Shown: positions 28,290 through 36,637 of the stretch, piece after piece
Numbering within the stretch: the first letter of the stretch is position 1
How the letters are laid out: each line of letters starts with the position of its first letter
Assembly: GCA_964614075.1 (NCBI GenBank)
Contig: CAZTJZ010000003.1
Span: forward strand, 4,408-68,407
From: an uncultured Phycisphaeraceae bacterium
GTDB taxonomy: Bacteria > Planctomycetota > Phycisphaerae > Phycisphaerales > UBA1924
Direction of reading: 5' to 3'
DNA: 64,000 nt
Made by a program: the position numbers and the translations under genes
Notes under the pieces: generated by a model
What the model was told of the DNA's origin: nothing
Databases searched by the model: none
The model's input: the letters and a program-made list of their open reading frames with translations, nothing else

Positions 28290-29644
28290 GCCGCCCACCT
28301 CGCCCCGAGGGCGACGTACTTCGTCCCCCCACTTTCGACGAAGAGCCCGACCGGTTCCGCCACTTCACCGTCCCATTCCACGACGACGGTCGCCTCGCGT
28401 CCGCCCGTGGCCGAGAGCAGCCGCCACAGATGAATCCCCCGCTCGAACGCGGGTGCGAGTGGCAGCACCTCTTCTCTCTGTTCGAGCAGCCAGCGATCTC
28501 CCGAGCGCATCACCCTCGTGCGGGGCAGCACCATGGGCCACCGCGCCAGCCAAGGGTTCGCGCTCAACGCCTTGGCATACCGGTCGAGGTTCGCGCCGAT
28601 GGCGTTGGGGCCTGCTTCCCCGGGCGCGGTCGCGGCCGACGAGCTCTCGCCACAAGACTTCACCAGCGCTCGAAGCGGCGCTCCCGACGGGTAGTACACC
28701 ACTTCACCCTCGAAGGTCGTTCCCGCCACCAGCGACGTGTCCAAGGGCTGGTTCCCAACCGAGAAGTCCACGACCAACGCGGCTCCCGCGGTGCGCTTGC
28801 CCCACAGCCATGTCCGCCGCACAGTGAGACGATTGTCTTCTTCGAAGGCCTGGCCGACCACGGTCCACAGGTCGGGAATGCCCTGCCCCGCGAGAACTTC
28901 TTCCTTGGACTGGTTGTATCCGATCGCGACGCGGACATCGCCCGCGAGCTCGCTCGGCAGGTCGGCGAGACGATCCGCGGCCGTCAGCAGCAGATGGAGT
29001 CGCCCCAGCTGATCAAGAGCCCGCACTTCCCACCCGAAGCCCGACGCCATCGACAGGGGGATACGCCTGATGATCGCCGCCAAGCCCGGGGCTTGCGCGT
29101 CGACCATCCGCGCCGCGACCCGTTCGCACTCGGCGGTCGCGTTGGCCTGGGCCGCCGCGAGCCCGCGACGCACGAGATCGTCCAGCCAAGTCCGGCACTC
29201 CGCCACGCCCTGGCGGACCCGCTCCTCACGAGCGGCCGCACGCTTGGCCTGAGCCGCCGGATCCACGGGCGACTCCGCCGCGGACTTGGCTTTCTCCGCC
29301 TTTTTCTCGGCCCTCTCGGCCCGGCCGTCGATCCACTCGCTCACCCACCCGGGCTCGTCGCCCTTCTTGAAACTCGCCTTGGCCTTCGCGAACAGCAGGA
29401 GCAGCCCGAGGCCATGCTTGCAGGGGAACTTCCGGCTCGGACAGCTGCACTTGAAGACCGGCTCGCCGAGGTCGATGCGAGATTGATACGGATCCTTGCC
29501 CGACCCCTGGCAGAGCCCCCAGATCGCCCGATCGCTCGCGCCCAGCGACGTCCACTTTCGTTCGGAGGCAAGGCCCTGCCCGGCGGAGGCCGAGCCCGCG
29601 TCGGGCGCGAGTGCAAGCACTTTGTCCGTGCTCCAGTCCTTCAC
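28286..29644 (-). CDS. SWIM zinc-finger protein (first gene of operon)
   Basis: SWIM signature CSCPSRKFPCKH (CxCxnCxH). Start set at GTG 29644 (MKDWSTDKVLALAPDA..), the N-terminus usual for this family. The track extension to 29845 is not protein-like. Confidence 0.8.
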   Translation of the reverse strand: MKDWSTDKVLALAPDAGSASAGQGLASERKWTSLGASDRAIWGLCQGSGKDPYQSRIDLGEPVFKCSCPSRKFPCKHGLGLLLLFAKAKASFKKGDEPGWVSEWIDGRAERAEKKAEKAKSAAESPVDPAAQAKRAAAREERVRQGVAECRTWLDDLVRRGLAAAQANATAECERVAARMVDAQAPGLAAIIRRIPLSMASGFGWEVRALDQLGRLHLLLTAADRLADLPSELAGDVRVAIGYNQSKEEVLAGQGIPDLWTVVGQAFEEDNRLTVRRTWLWGKRTAGAALVVDFSVGNQPLDTSLVAGTTFEGEVVYYPSGAPLRALVKSCGESSSAATAPGEAGPNAIGANLDRYAKALSANPWLARWPMVLPRTRVMRSGDRWLLEQREEVLPLAPAFERGIHLWRLLSATGGREATVVVEWDGEVAEPVGLFVESGGTKYVALGARWAA

Positions 29645-29818
29645 AACGCAGACTCTATCCGTTCGAGCCTCACCTTGCGTGCGAAAGAGTGTGCGAGTCT
29701 GTCGGCAGCCGGCACGATCCACTTCGGCGAGCTCGTCGCTCGGCTGATGAACGCCAACCTCGAGCGGTACCACGTGGACTACAGCCGCATGAAGAACACG
29801 TGCTACACGCCCGACGGC

Positions 29819-29950
29819 GGATCGTGCGTCGAGCCCATGGAGCACGATGCCGCGTCAATCGGCGAAGAGTCTTCTGCCGCCCAGGTTGAAGCCGCGGTTC
29901 TGGGAGCCCGACATATGCCGTTTGCAGAGCGCCAAGGCGGCTTTGGAGGA
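29819..29950. repeat. degenerate copy (c0) of the hairpin + tRNA-Pro-3'-end + arm module
   Basis: Hairpin GGATCGTGC..GCACGATGC (29819-29850), then core remnant TCGGCG. The arm TCTGGGAGCCCGACATATGCCGTTTGCAGAGCGCCAAGGCGGCTTTGGAGG is about 75% identical to 31424-31480. Confidence 0.6.
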
Positions 29951-30049
29951 TTGAGGGATACCAGCAAAGCCGACAGGTACTGAAGGCGCGCGTCACGCGA
30001 CGATCCGATTATCAACAATGCGATTCTGAAACCTGCTCGTGAGTACCGG

Positions 30050-31027
30050 CTACCTCTCCCAACCACTTATCGTCTGCCGCCGCTCAAGAAGCTTCCGTCC
30101 AGCTCCGCCGGAATCAGGCGTAAACCAAAGCTGAACCAATACGTCGTGCTTCGAATCCCAGCCTGTGGCGATCTCTTCGACGACCACCTTCGAGTTGGCG
30201 TAGAAGAGTTGTTCTGATTCGTCTGAGTATCCAACGCGCTCACGCGCGTAGAGGTGCGCGTGCGATATCGTAAGGTCTTTCGACTCGTCGCCGGACTTGA
30301 CCCGCAACTCTGTCACGCCTGGCATCCCCGGATTGATCCACGCTTCGATATCCAACTCCTGCTTCGCTGAGTCATCAATGGTGATGGAGGGCGCCCCTTT
30401 GTGCGTGTCAGTAGGCGAGATGGCTGACAGCGGCTTGCCATCCTGAACGGCCTTGCGAACAGCAGCCAACTCAGTCTCTACCTCAACCAAGAGCCCAGGC
30501 GTCTTTGGTAGGTTCCCGACGTCGTCGATTTCGACGGTCGAGAGCCAAAGGTTGGGAACGCCCACGAAGAGATACGCAAGGCGCCGGGACGGGATCGGCC
30601 GATAGGTGCAGATCGCCACTTGAGTGGCGCCGGCATCCGGCGCGACCTGCGTTACGCAGGGCGACATGAACTCCGGTTCCGTTGGCTTCTCCTCGAAAAC
30701 AAGTCCCACTCGTGTCTGCGTCTTGGATCCGATGAAACCGTTCAGTGTGACGCGAGAATCTAACCGCCGATACGCGACGGCGACGTCGCGGCCACCGCGT
30801 CGTTCCATCCCTACGCGCCAGCGCGGAGAAGCCTCGACGTACCGTTTGAGGTCGTCTTTCTTACCATCGCAGAAGTACTTGAATGACGGAAGACTGACGT
30901 CGATCTTCTGCGAGCCGCTGCTGCTGTATGGAGTGGCTGTCGCTTTGGGTGGAGGGGCGTTCTGCGGAGCCTGTCCCGCGGGCTGAATGAGTGCGAACAG
31001 CAGCACTGAATAGCAGAGTGTCAGCAT
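30050..31027 (-). CDS. hypothetical secreted protein (lower-GC islet gene)
   Basis: 325 aa. Signal-like MLTLCYSVLLFALIQPAGQA. GC about 55-58% in sampled lines, with many A/T-ending codons. No family recognised. Confidence 0.6.
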   Translation of the reverse strand: MLTLCYSVLLFALIQPAGQAPQNAPPPKATATPYSSSGSQKIDVSLPSFKYFCDGKKDDLKRYVEASPRWRVGMERRGGRDVAVAYRRLDSRVTLNGFIGSKTQTRVGLVFEEKPTEPEFMSPCVTQVAPDAGATQVAICTYRPIPSRRLAYLFVGVPNLWLSTVEIDDVGNLPKTPGLLVEVETELAAVRKAVQDGKPLSAISPTDTHKGAPSITIDDSAKQELDIEAWINPGMPGVTELRVKSGDESKDLTISHAHLYARERVGYSDESEQLFYANSKVVVEEIATGWDSKHDVLVQLWFTPDSGGAGRKLLERRQTISGWER

Positions 31028-31064
31028 CGAGCTAATTGTATGCGTAGCGCACCCACATCTCGCA

Positions 31065-31262
31065 TCAGGTGTGGATGACGCGTCCCTCGCTCGCCAGCGC
31101 CGCCTCCCACGTCGCCTTATGCATCGTCGGCAGCGCGTGACTTGAGCAGATGATCTCTTCCATGGTCAGTTCCAGACGCCGCGCCAGCGGCAGCCCGCAG
31201 ATCAGCTCGGTCGACTGAGCGCCTCGTGCGGGCACGATCGGCTCGGTAAATCGATTTGACAA
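31065..31262 (-). CDS. small hypothetical ORF (weak DUF433-like C-terminal pattern)
   Basis: 65 aa. ..LTMEEIICSSHALPTMHKATWEAALA loosely resembles the DUF433 tail (s.eEIl..YP.Lt.e.i.aAL.Y). Possibly a decayed gene. Confidence 0.25.
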   Translation of the reverse strand: MSNRFTEPIVPARGAQSTELICGLPLARRLELTMEEIICSSHALPTMHKATWEAALASEGRVIHT

Positions 31263-31335
31263 AGGCGCGAGCGGATCAAATCAGTGACGAACCGCTTGGG
31301 ATGGCAGGACGCAATCGCACTCCGCCGTAAACACC

Positions 31336-31500
31336 GATGGCCCCGGTACCTACCGAGGCCATCTGGTCTTCCAAGTCGGGGTGACAGGACGCCAATAGAA
31401 CTCTTCTTGGAGGGCGTTAGGGTCTGGGAGCCACGGATATGCCGTTTTCTGAGCGGAAACGCGGTATTGGGGGAATGAGCGATCAGCCGCAAAGTCGACA
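31336..31500. repeat. copy c1 of the hairpin + tRNA-Pro-3'-end + arm module (left boundary of ars islet)
   Basis: Hairpin GATGGCCCCGG-TACCTA-CCGAGGCCATC (31336-31363). AAGTCGGGGTGACAGGA (31373-31389) is identical 17/17 to 33537-33553. The arm is CGCCAATAGAACTCTTCTTGGAGGGCGTTAGGGTCTGGGAGCC... Confidence 0.8.
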
Positions 31501-31659
31501 TGCAAACGCGTAGATCAACGCCATGACGACAAGCCCGAACGTCAACGCGATACCGACGTGCTCAACCGTCCCGCCCGTCGTCTGATTGACGATGATTGCG
31601 CCCGTACCCGCGAACACGAGGCAGAACGTCCCCAATGACTCCGCGAGAAGTCGATTCAC
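31483..31659 (-). pseudogene. truncated MIP/aquaglyceroporin (N-terminal ~53 aa only)
   Basis: VNRLLAESLGTFCLVFAGTGAIIVNQ..VGIALTFGLVVMALIYAFA is a MIP helix1-helix2. The ORF breaks just before the expected HISG..NPA motif, at the islet arm. GTG overlaps the arsC-arsM stop (GTGA 31656-31659). Confidence 0.65.
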
Positions 31660-32981
31660 CACTTCACCGCCGACACATCAAGGCTCGTGATGTAGTCGCT
31701 CGGCTTGGAGCCGGCGGGGAGGGCTTCCACGATCCGGCGATAGAGCGGGTCTTCCCAGTTCGTCATGGCGTCGATGTATTGCGGCTTGGGCGTGAGCGTG
31801 ACTTCGGACAATCCTGCCGCGTCCGCCATTGTCCGCGTCTCTTCGACGAGCACGGCCCCGGCAATGCATCCCACGAGCGCTTCCACGTCGGCTTTGACCG
31901 ACTCGGGAAGCGGGCGCACGAGCGCCAAGTCCGAAACGGCCACGCGCCCGCCCGGCTTCAACACGCGGGCAATCTCACGCCAGACTCGCGGCTTGTCGGG
32001 CGAGAGGTTCAACACACAGTTGGATATCACCACGTCCACGCTCGCGTCGGCGACGGGGAGCGATTCAATCTCACCCAACCGAAACTCCACGTTGTCCAAG
32101 CCGGTTTGCTTGTGGTACGAAGCCACGTTGCGGCGGGCCTTTGTGAGCATGTCGGGCGTCATGTCCACGCCGATCACGCGGCCCGTCTTCCCCACCTTTG
32201 GCCCGGCCACGAAGCAATCGAAACCCCCGCCCGCGCCCAAGTCGAGCACCACTTCACCGGGACGGAGCGAAGCAATCGCGGTTGGGTTGCCGCACGAGAG
32301 GCCCATGTTCGCACCGTCCGGCACCGCCGACAGTTCGCCACTCGCGTACCCGATTGCTTGGGCGAGTTGATCGGGCGAGAACGCGGTAGCGCCACAGCAC
32401 CCGCCGCCGCTCGGGCCACAGCATCCACTCTGCGCAATCTGCGCGTACCCCGCGCGGACTTGATCCCGCACGGCGTTCGCATCCGGCGCTGCGGGTGGGC
32501 AGCACGAATCATCACAGCATGTACGCTCGGGCATGGCGGAACCTCCGGTAAGGGCTTGGGGCAACGTCTCCACGAATCGCCGAATCTCATCACGCACCCG
32601 GCGGTAGTGCGGCATGGCGTCTTCGTCGGTCTTCGCACCCTTCGCCAACGTGGGCGGATCATCGAAGCCGACGTGGATCACCTTCGCGGGGCCGGGGAAG
32701 TACGGGCACGCTTCGTTCGCGGAATCGCATACCGTCACCACGAAGTCAAAGGCAACGCCCGAGAGAGCATCCACGGTCTTCGACGTGTGGCCGGATATGT
32801 CCACGCCCGCTTCGGCCATCGCTCGAACAGCGAGCCGGTTCATCCCGTGCGGATCGGTCCCGGCGGAGTAGGGCTCGATGGAATCAGAACGGAGCGCCCG
32901 CGCCCAACCCTCCGCCATCTGACTCCGGCACGAGTTGCCGGTACAGAGGAACAACACGCGGCGCTTAGCAGCACTTGCCAT
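31656..32981 (-). CDS. arsM: fusion protein: LMW-PTP-type arsenate reductase (ArsC) + arsenite S-adenosylmethionine methyltransferase (ArsM)
   Basis: 441 aa from ATG 32981. The N-terminal ~140 aa carry LFLCTGNSCRSQMAEG (CX5R P-loop) and DPPT. This is followed, with no stop, by Cys pairs and the ArsM core VLDLGAGGGFD, GVDMTPDML, VISNCVLNL, LVGCIAGA. Confidence 0.9.
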   Translation of the reverse strand: MASAAKRRVLFLCTGNSCRSQMAEGWARALRSDSIEPYSAGTDPHGMNRLAVRAMAEAGVDISGHTSKTVDALSGVAFDFVVTVCDSANEACPYFPGPAKVIHVGFDDPPTLAKGAKTDEDAMPHYRRVRDEIRRFVETLPQALTGGSAMPERTCCDDSCCPPAAPDANAVRDQVRAGYAQIAQSGCCGPSGGGCCGATAFSPDQLAQAIGYASGELSAVPDGANMGLSCGNPTAIASLRPGEVVLDLGAGGGFDCFVAGPKVGKTGRVIGVDMTPDMLTKARRNVASYHKQTGLDNVEFRLGEIESLPVADASVDVVISNCVLNLSPDKPRVWREIARVLKPGGRVAVSDLALVRPLPESVKADVEALVGCIAGAVLVEETRTMADAAGLSEVTLTPKPQYIDAMTNWEDPLYRRIVEALPAGSKPSDYITSLDVSAVKW

Positions 32982-33351
32982 TGCACGCCCCTCCCTTCGC
33001 GGGACAGCACTCATCCAACGCATCCGCGAGGGACCGAATGGAGCGGACGAGTTCGGCGTAGCGGACGCGATAGAACACCGTCCGCCCTTCCTTCGTGGCT
33101 TCCAGCACGCCGGAGCGGGCGAGCAACGCGAGATGCCGGGACACCACGGAGAAGTCCACGGAACAGCACTCGGCAACCTCTCCGACAGAGCACCCACGCC
33201 CGCACTTGGCGATGCACCCGATGAGGGAGACGCGGGTAGGGTCGGACAACGCCTTGAACAGCACGGGGTCTAGCAGCGCGTCGAGAGGCCCACAGCACGC
33301 GGCGGCTTGCTTTGGTGTGGCCGGCGGCCTTCGTTTGCGTATTTGCGTCAT
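32965..33351 (-). CDS. arsR: ArsR/SmtB family metalloregulator
   Basis: 128 aa from ATG 33351. Winged-HTH FKALSDPTRVSLIGCI...VGEVAECCSVDFSVVSRHLALLARSGVL. Extra Cys pairs (AACCGP, DECCPAKGGACNGKCC). 17-nt overlap with the arsC-arsM start. Confidence 0.85.
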   Translation of the reverse strand: MTQIRKRRPPATPKQAAACCGPLDALLDPVLFKALSDPTRVSLIGCIAKCGRGCSVGEVAECCSVDFSVVSRHLALLARSGVLEATKEGRTVFYRVRYAELVRSIRSLADALDECCPAKGGACNGKCC

Positions 33352-33493
33352 GGTGCAAGTATTGGCGACGATGCGTGCGTTGTCAAAGTTCAAACGCGGT
33401 TCAATAATCCTGTCAACCCCGCCCGAAAGCCGCCCATTCGGCAGCGTTACTTGAACAGTCACTTGGATAACGCAAGTGCTGTGTTTTCAACGA

Positions 33494-33526
33494 GAAAGCC
33501 CTTCGACGTGCTCATCGAAGGGCTTC
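33494..33526 (-). terminator. islet-borne terminator hairpin following tRNA-Pro(CGG)
   Basis: On the minus strand, GAAGCCCTTCGA-TGAGCACG-TCGAAGGGCTTTC immediately downstream of the tRNA 3' end, followed by TCTCGTTG. Confidence 0.55.
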
Positions 33527-33538
33527 ACTCTGAACAAA

Positions 33539-33613
<75 letters not shown>

Positions 33614-33738
33614 CGGTGAGCGTCACTATAGGCTCCCCATGCAGTCGCCCGCGCGGCATCCCGTTACGAGCTCTGTTGAGCGCCCCGCCACGCACCCAGG
33701 GCCACACCCCGCTCCGCGCCCCGGCCCGTGCCCTGCCG

Positions 33739-34587
33739 TCACTGCTGGAACTGCGGCGTCGCCAGGTACACGTTGTCCTCGTTGAGGTCCGCGAACACCG
33801 CGCCCGTCGAGCTGTTCAGCCGAATCGTGCCCGCCTTCCCGTCCGGGCCCACCGAGTAGAAATACGCCCGACCGCTCTGGCAGGTCCCGCCGTCCGAATC
33901 TGGCTCGGTCGGCACGGTGTTGCCCGCGGTGTCTCGCACGGCCACGGCGTTGCGCCGGACCTGCAGATAGTTCGCGTCGATCTTGCTGCCCGTGGTCATC
34001 TCCGCCGGCAGGTCCACGATCTCCACAAGGCGCCTCGGCATCATCGGGTTCGCCCCGCCGCTGGCCTGAGAGTCCTGGAGCAGACCGTCGAGCGCGGGGT
34101 GGACAAACCGGATCGGCTTGCCCCAGGCGTCGAGCACGCTGGTGTACTGCACGCCGTTGATGGTCACGAGCCGCACGAACTTGCTGGGGATGTTCTTGAG
34201 GACCTTGTCCGCGGCCTCGACGCCCTCGACGCGTTTGAGAAAGAGCCCCAGGCTCGGGATCGGGGCCCCGGCCTGGTCCACGCCGTCGATCATGGGGATG
34301 TACTTCTCGCCCGCGGCGCCCGCGCCGGTGACGATCCGGACCATGGGGTCGAGCGTCTTCCCGCCCGTGGCATTGGTGTACTCGGTGAAGGCCTGATCCA
34401 GCGTCATGAGAATCTCGCGGGTGGTCTTCACCTTGCCCCCGCCGATCACTTTGGCGCCCACGACCGTGGCGATGCCGACCAGGGTCGAGATGATGGCCAC
34501 GACGATGAGCAGCTCGACGAGCGTGAACGCCGGGAGTCGCCCCGTGCGAGTGCCCCGACTTGTGTGCGCGTGCGGCATGTGTTCCAT
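33739..34587 (-). CDS. prepilin-type N-terminal cleavage/methylation domain protein (type II secretion pseudopilin-like)
   Basis: From ATG 34587. Class III signal ..GRLPAFTLVELLIVVAIISTLVGIA, with a C-terminal GspG-like SVGPDGKAG. Confidence 0.8.
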   Translation of the reverse strand: MEHMPHAHTSRGTRTGRLPAFTLVELLIVVAIISTLVGIATVVGAKVIGGGKVKTTREILMTLDQAFTEYTNATGGKTLDPMVRIVTGAGAAGEKYIPMIDGVDQAGAPIPSLGLFLKRVEGVEAADKVLKNIPSKFVRLVTINGVQYTSVLDAWGKPIRFVHPALDGLLQDSQASGGANPMMPRRLVEIVDLPAEMTTGSKIDANYLQVRRNAVAVRDTAGNTVPTEPDSDGGTCQSGRAYFYSVGPDGKAGTIRLNSSTGAVFADLNEDNVYLATPQFQQ

Positions 34588-35008
34588 CTCCGACTGGCCT
34601 AGACCCCCAACCAGGGTCATTCTCGCCACCCCGCGGACCCTGGACCTCCGCGAGGCCCCCTTGGAGGCGAAGGGTACACCCCCGACCCTCGTGGCAGCCA
34701 AGCTCCCGCCGGTCCATTGTCTGTACGGGTCCGGGGTGGGTCAGGATTCACGAACGCTCGGGCAATCTGGGTTCCGAGAAATCTGGCGTCAGCTGCACGC
34801 TCCGTGTGGGTTGGGGGCTTTTCCCTAGTCCGCGATGAAAACGTTGAACATCTGACCTCTGCCGCGGTAGAGTGCCCGCGCGTGCGAGGGGTGCCGCGTG
34901 CTGTAGGTGCATGCGCGTCCGGCGTTCGCCAGACAACCGGAGTTTCACGTGGTTCAGGAGACGCATGCGATCCGCCATCCTTTGCTTCCCGCCAAGGGCG
35001 CGGGCGAG

Positions 35009-35593
35009 ATGTCGATGGTCGAGATTGCCGAGAATCTCGAGCGAGTCACCAGCCTGATCGAGGGGGAGCGCGTCAAGGAACGCGAGGCCCGCAAGGTCTA
35101 CGAGGCGGTGGCGCGGGATGTCGAGTCCAACATCGCCAAGATCCGCGAGTTCGCGAAGCAGCTCGTGGCGGCGCACGGGTCGCGTCTTTCCACCTTCAGC
35201 GGGATGCTGGGCGAGACCATCGAGGTCAAGCCCCACGCGAACGGGCCGAGCACCAACGGCATCGGGCACGTCACCCACGCCCGTCGCCCCGCGCCGCACG
35301 CCATCGGCGACATCAAGAACCTCGCCGACGCGGTGCTCCGTGTGTGGGACTTGGAGCCCACAGCGATGACCTCGGAGGATATCGCGGATCTTCTCCCTCG
35401 CACGGGCTACCAGTCCAACGCGGCCCCCGCTTCGATCCGCTCCAGCGTCAACCAGGCCATCGCCAAACTCTGCCGCATCGGGAAAGTGATCCGCTACCGC
35501 GGCGACGGGAGCATCATCCCCATCCGCGACCGCACCTCGCGCGCCCGCAAGTACCTCGCGGCGTCCAAGGCCCCCGAGAGCGACGTCGCCTGA
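35009..35593 (+). CDS. hypothetical protein
   Basis: 194 aa from ATG 35009 (MSMVEIAENLERV..). Coiled-coil-like N-terminus and a possible winged-helix C-terminus (SSVNQAIAKLCRIGKVIRYRGDG). No family recognised. Confidence 0.5.
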   Translation: MSMVEIAENLERVTSLIEGERVKEREARKVYEAVARDVESNIAKIREFAKQLVAAHGSRLSTFSGMLGETIEVKPHANGPSTNGIGHVTHARRPAPHAIGDIKNLADAVLRVWDLEPTAMTSEDIADLLPRTGYQSNAAPASIRSSVNQAIAKLCRIGKVIRYRGDGSIIPIRDRTSRARKYLAASKAPESDVA

Positions 35594-35618
35594 TCGCACG
35601 CGGCGCGTTGCTACGCTC

Positions 35619-36506
35619 GTGAGCATGAACCTCGTCGCCCGAGCCCCAGCACATGCCGTCGCCCTGGAGACGACGCTGCTGCTCCACGGCGTGACGCGGG
35701 GTGAGGGCGCGCCTCTCGCGCGGGAGCTCGACGAGATCCTGACCCACGAGGGCTCCTGCGCCGCGTTCGTGGGCGTGCACGCGGGGGTCGCGACGGTGGG
35801 GCTCACCACCACCGAGCTGGCGGCGTTGCTGGATGCCGACCGCGTCCCCAAGGCCAATACCAGCAACCTGGGCGTCTTCCTGCACCGGCGCCAGCACGCG
35901 GCGACGACGGTCGCGACCACGATGGAGCTCGCTCACGCCGCCGGGCTGCGCGTGTTCGCCACGGGCGGGCTCGGGGGCGTCCACAAGGGCTACGCGCACC
36001 ATCTGGACATCTCCGCGGACCTCGGCGCATTCACCCGCTTCCCCGTCGCCGTGGTGAGCAGCGGCGTGAAGGGGCTGCTCGACGTGGCCGCCACGCGGGA
36101 GCTGCTGGAGTCGCTGGGCGTGCCCGTCGTCGCCTTCCGAACCGACCGCTTTCCCGCGTTCTACCTCCGCGACGGCGGGGTCGGCGTGGATGCCACCTTC
36201 GAGAACGAGGACGAGCTGGCGTCCTTCCTCGACCACGAGCTCGCTCGCACCGGGCGCGGCGTGGTCGTCGCCAACCCCATCCCCGCGCCCGACGAGATCC
36301 CCGCCTCCCAGTGGGAGGCTTGGCTCGCCCGCGCCATCGAGCAGGCCCAGGCCAACGGCATCGAAGGGCGCGACGCGACGCCGTTCGTGCTGGGGGCCCT
36401 CCACCGCCTCTCCGACGGACGAACCCTCCGCGCCAACCTCTCGCTGGTCCGGTCGAACACGGCCTTGGCGGGGCGGCTCGCCGCCCGGATGAAGCCCCGG
36501 GGCTGA
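35619..36506 (+). CDS. psuG: pseudouridine-5'-phosphate glycosidase
   Basis: 295 aa. ETTLLLHGV, TTVATTMELAHAAGLRVFATGGLGGVH, DISADL, VAVVSSGVKGLLD and FPAFY are characteristic of the PsuG/IndA family. Confidence 0.9.
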   Translation: MSMNLVARAPAHAVALETTLLLHGVTRGEGAPLARELDEILTHEGSCAAFVGVHAGVATVGLTTTELAALLDADRVPKANTSNLGVFLHRRQHAATTVATTMELAHAAGLRVFATGGLGGVHKGYAHHLDISADLGAFTRFPVAVVSSGVKGLLDVAATRELLESLGVPVVAFRTDRFPAFYLRDGGVGVDATFENEDELASFLDHELARTGRGVVVANPIPAPDEIPASQWEAWLARAIEQAQANGIEGRDATPFVLGALHRLSDGRTLRANLSLVRSNTALAGRLAARMKPRG

Positions 36507-36637
36507 GCCGGGCGCATTCCCGGACTTTTCCGATGGCCCGGACTTTTCTGACTGGTGGTTCCCGGGGGCGTGGTAAACTTGGGGTGCAGGGTGGCGGAGC
36601 CCCGACCGATTCACGGGGGAGATCGCGGAGCTTCTCG

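Noticed and set aside
31202-31501. ORFs 31202..31501, 52098..52706 and 53017..53322 sharing the peptide ..LTPSKKSSIGVLSPRL.. as a conserved protein family
   Set aside because: The shared peptide is just the minus-strand translation of the conserved non-coding arm and tRNA-3'-end module. The flanking parts of the three ORFs are unrelated and overlap better-supported features.
32534-32560. arsC and arsM as two separate genes
   Set aside because: No stop codon separates the two domains in the shared frame, so a fusion is the simplest reading. An internal Met at 32534 could additionally initiate free ArsM, but this cannot be decided from sequence.
31596-33224. 542-aa + strand ORF across the ars islet, and the 72-codon upstream extension of arsC-arsM (32982..33197)
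   Set aside because: The + strand ORF is antisense to clearly recognisable arsC-arsM and arsR. The extension overlaps arsR in another frame and has no ArsC-like sequence.
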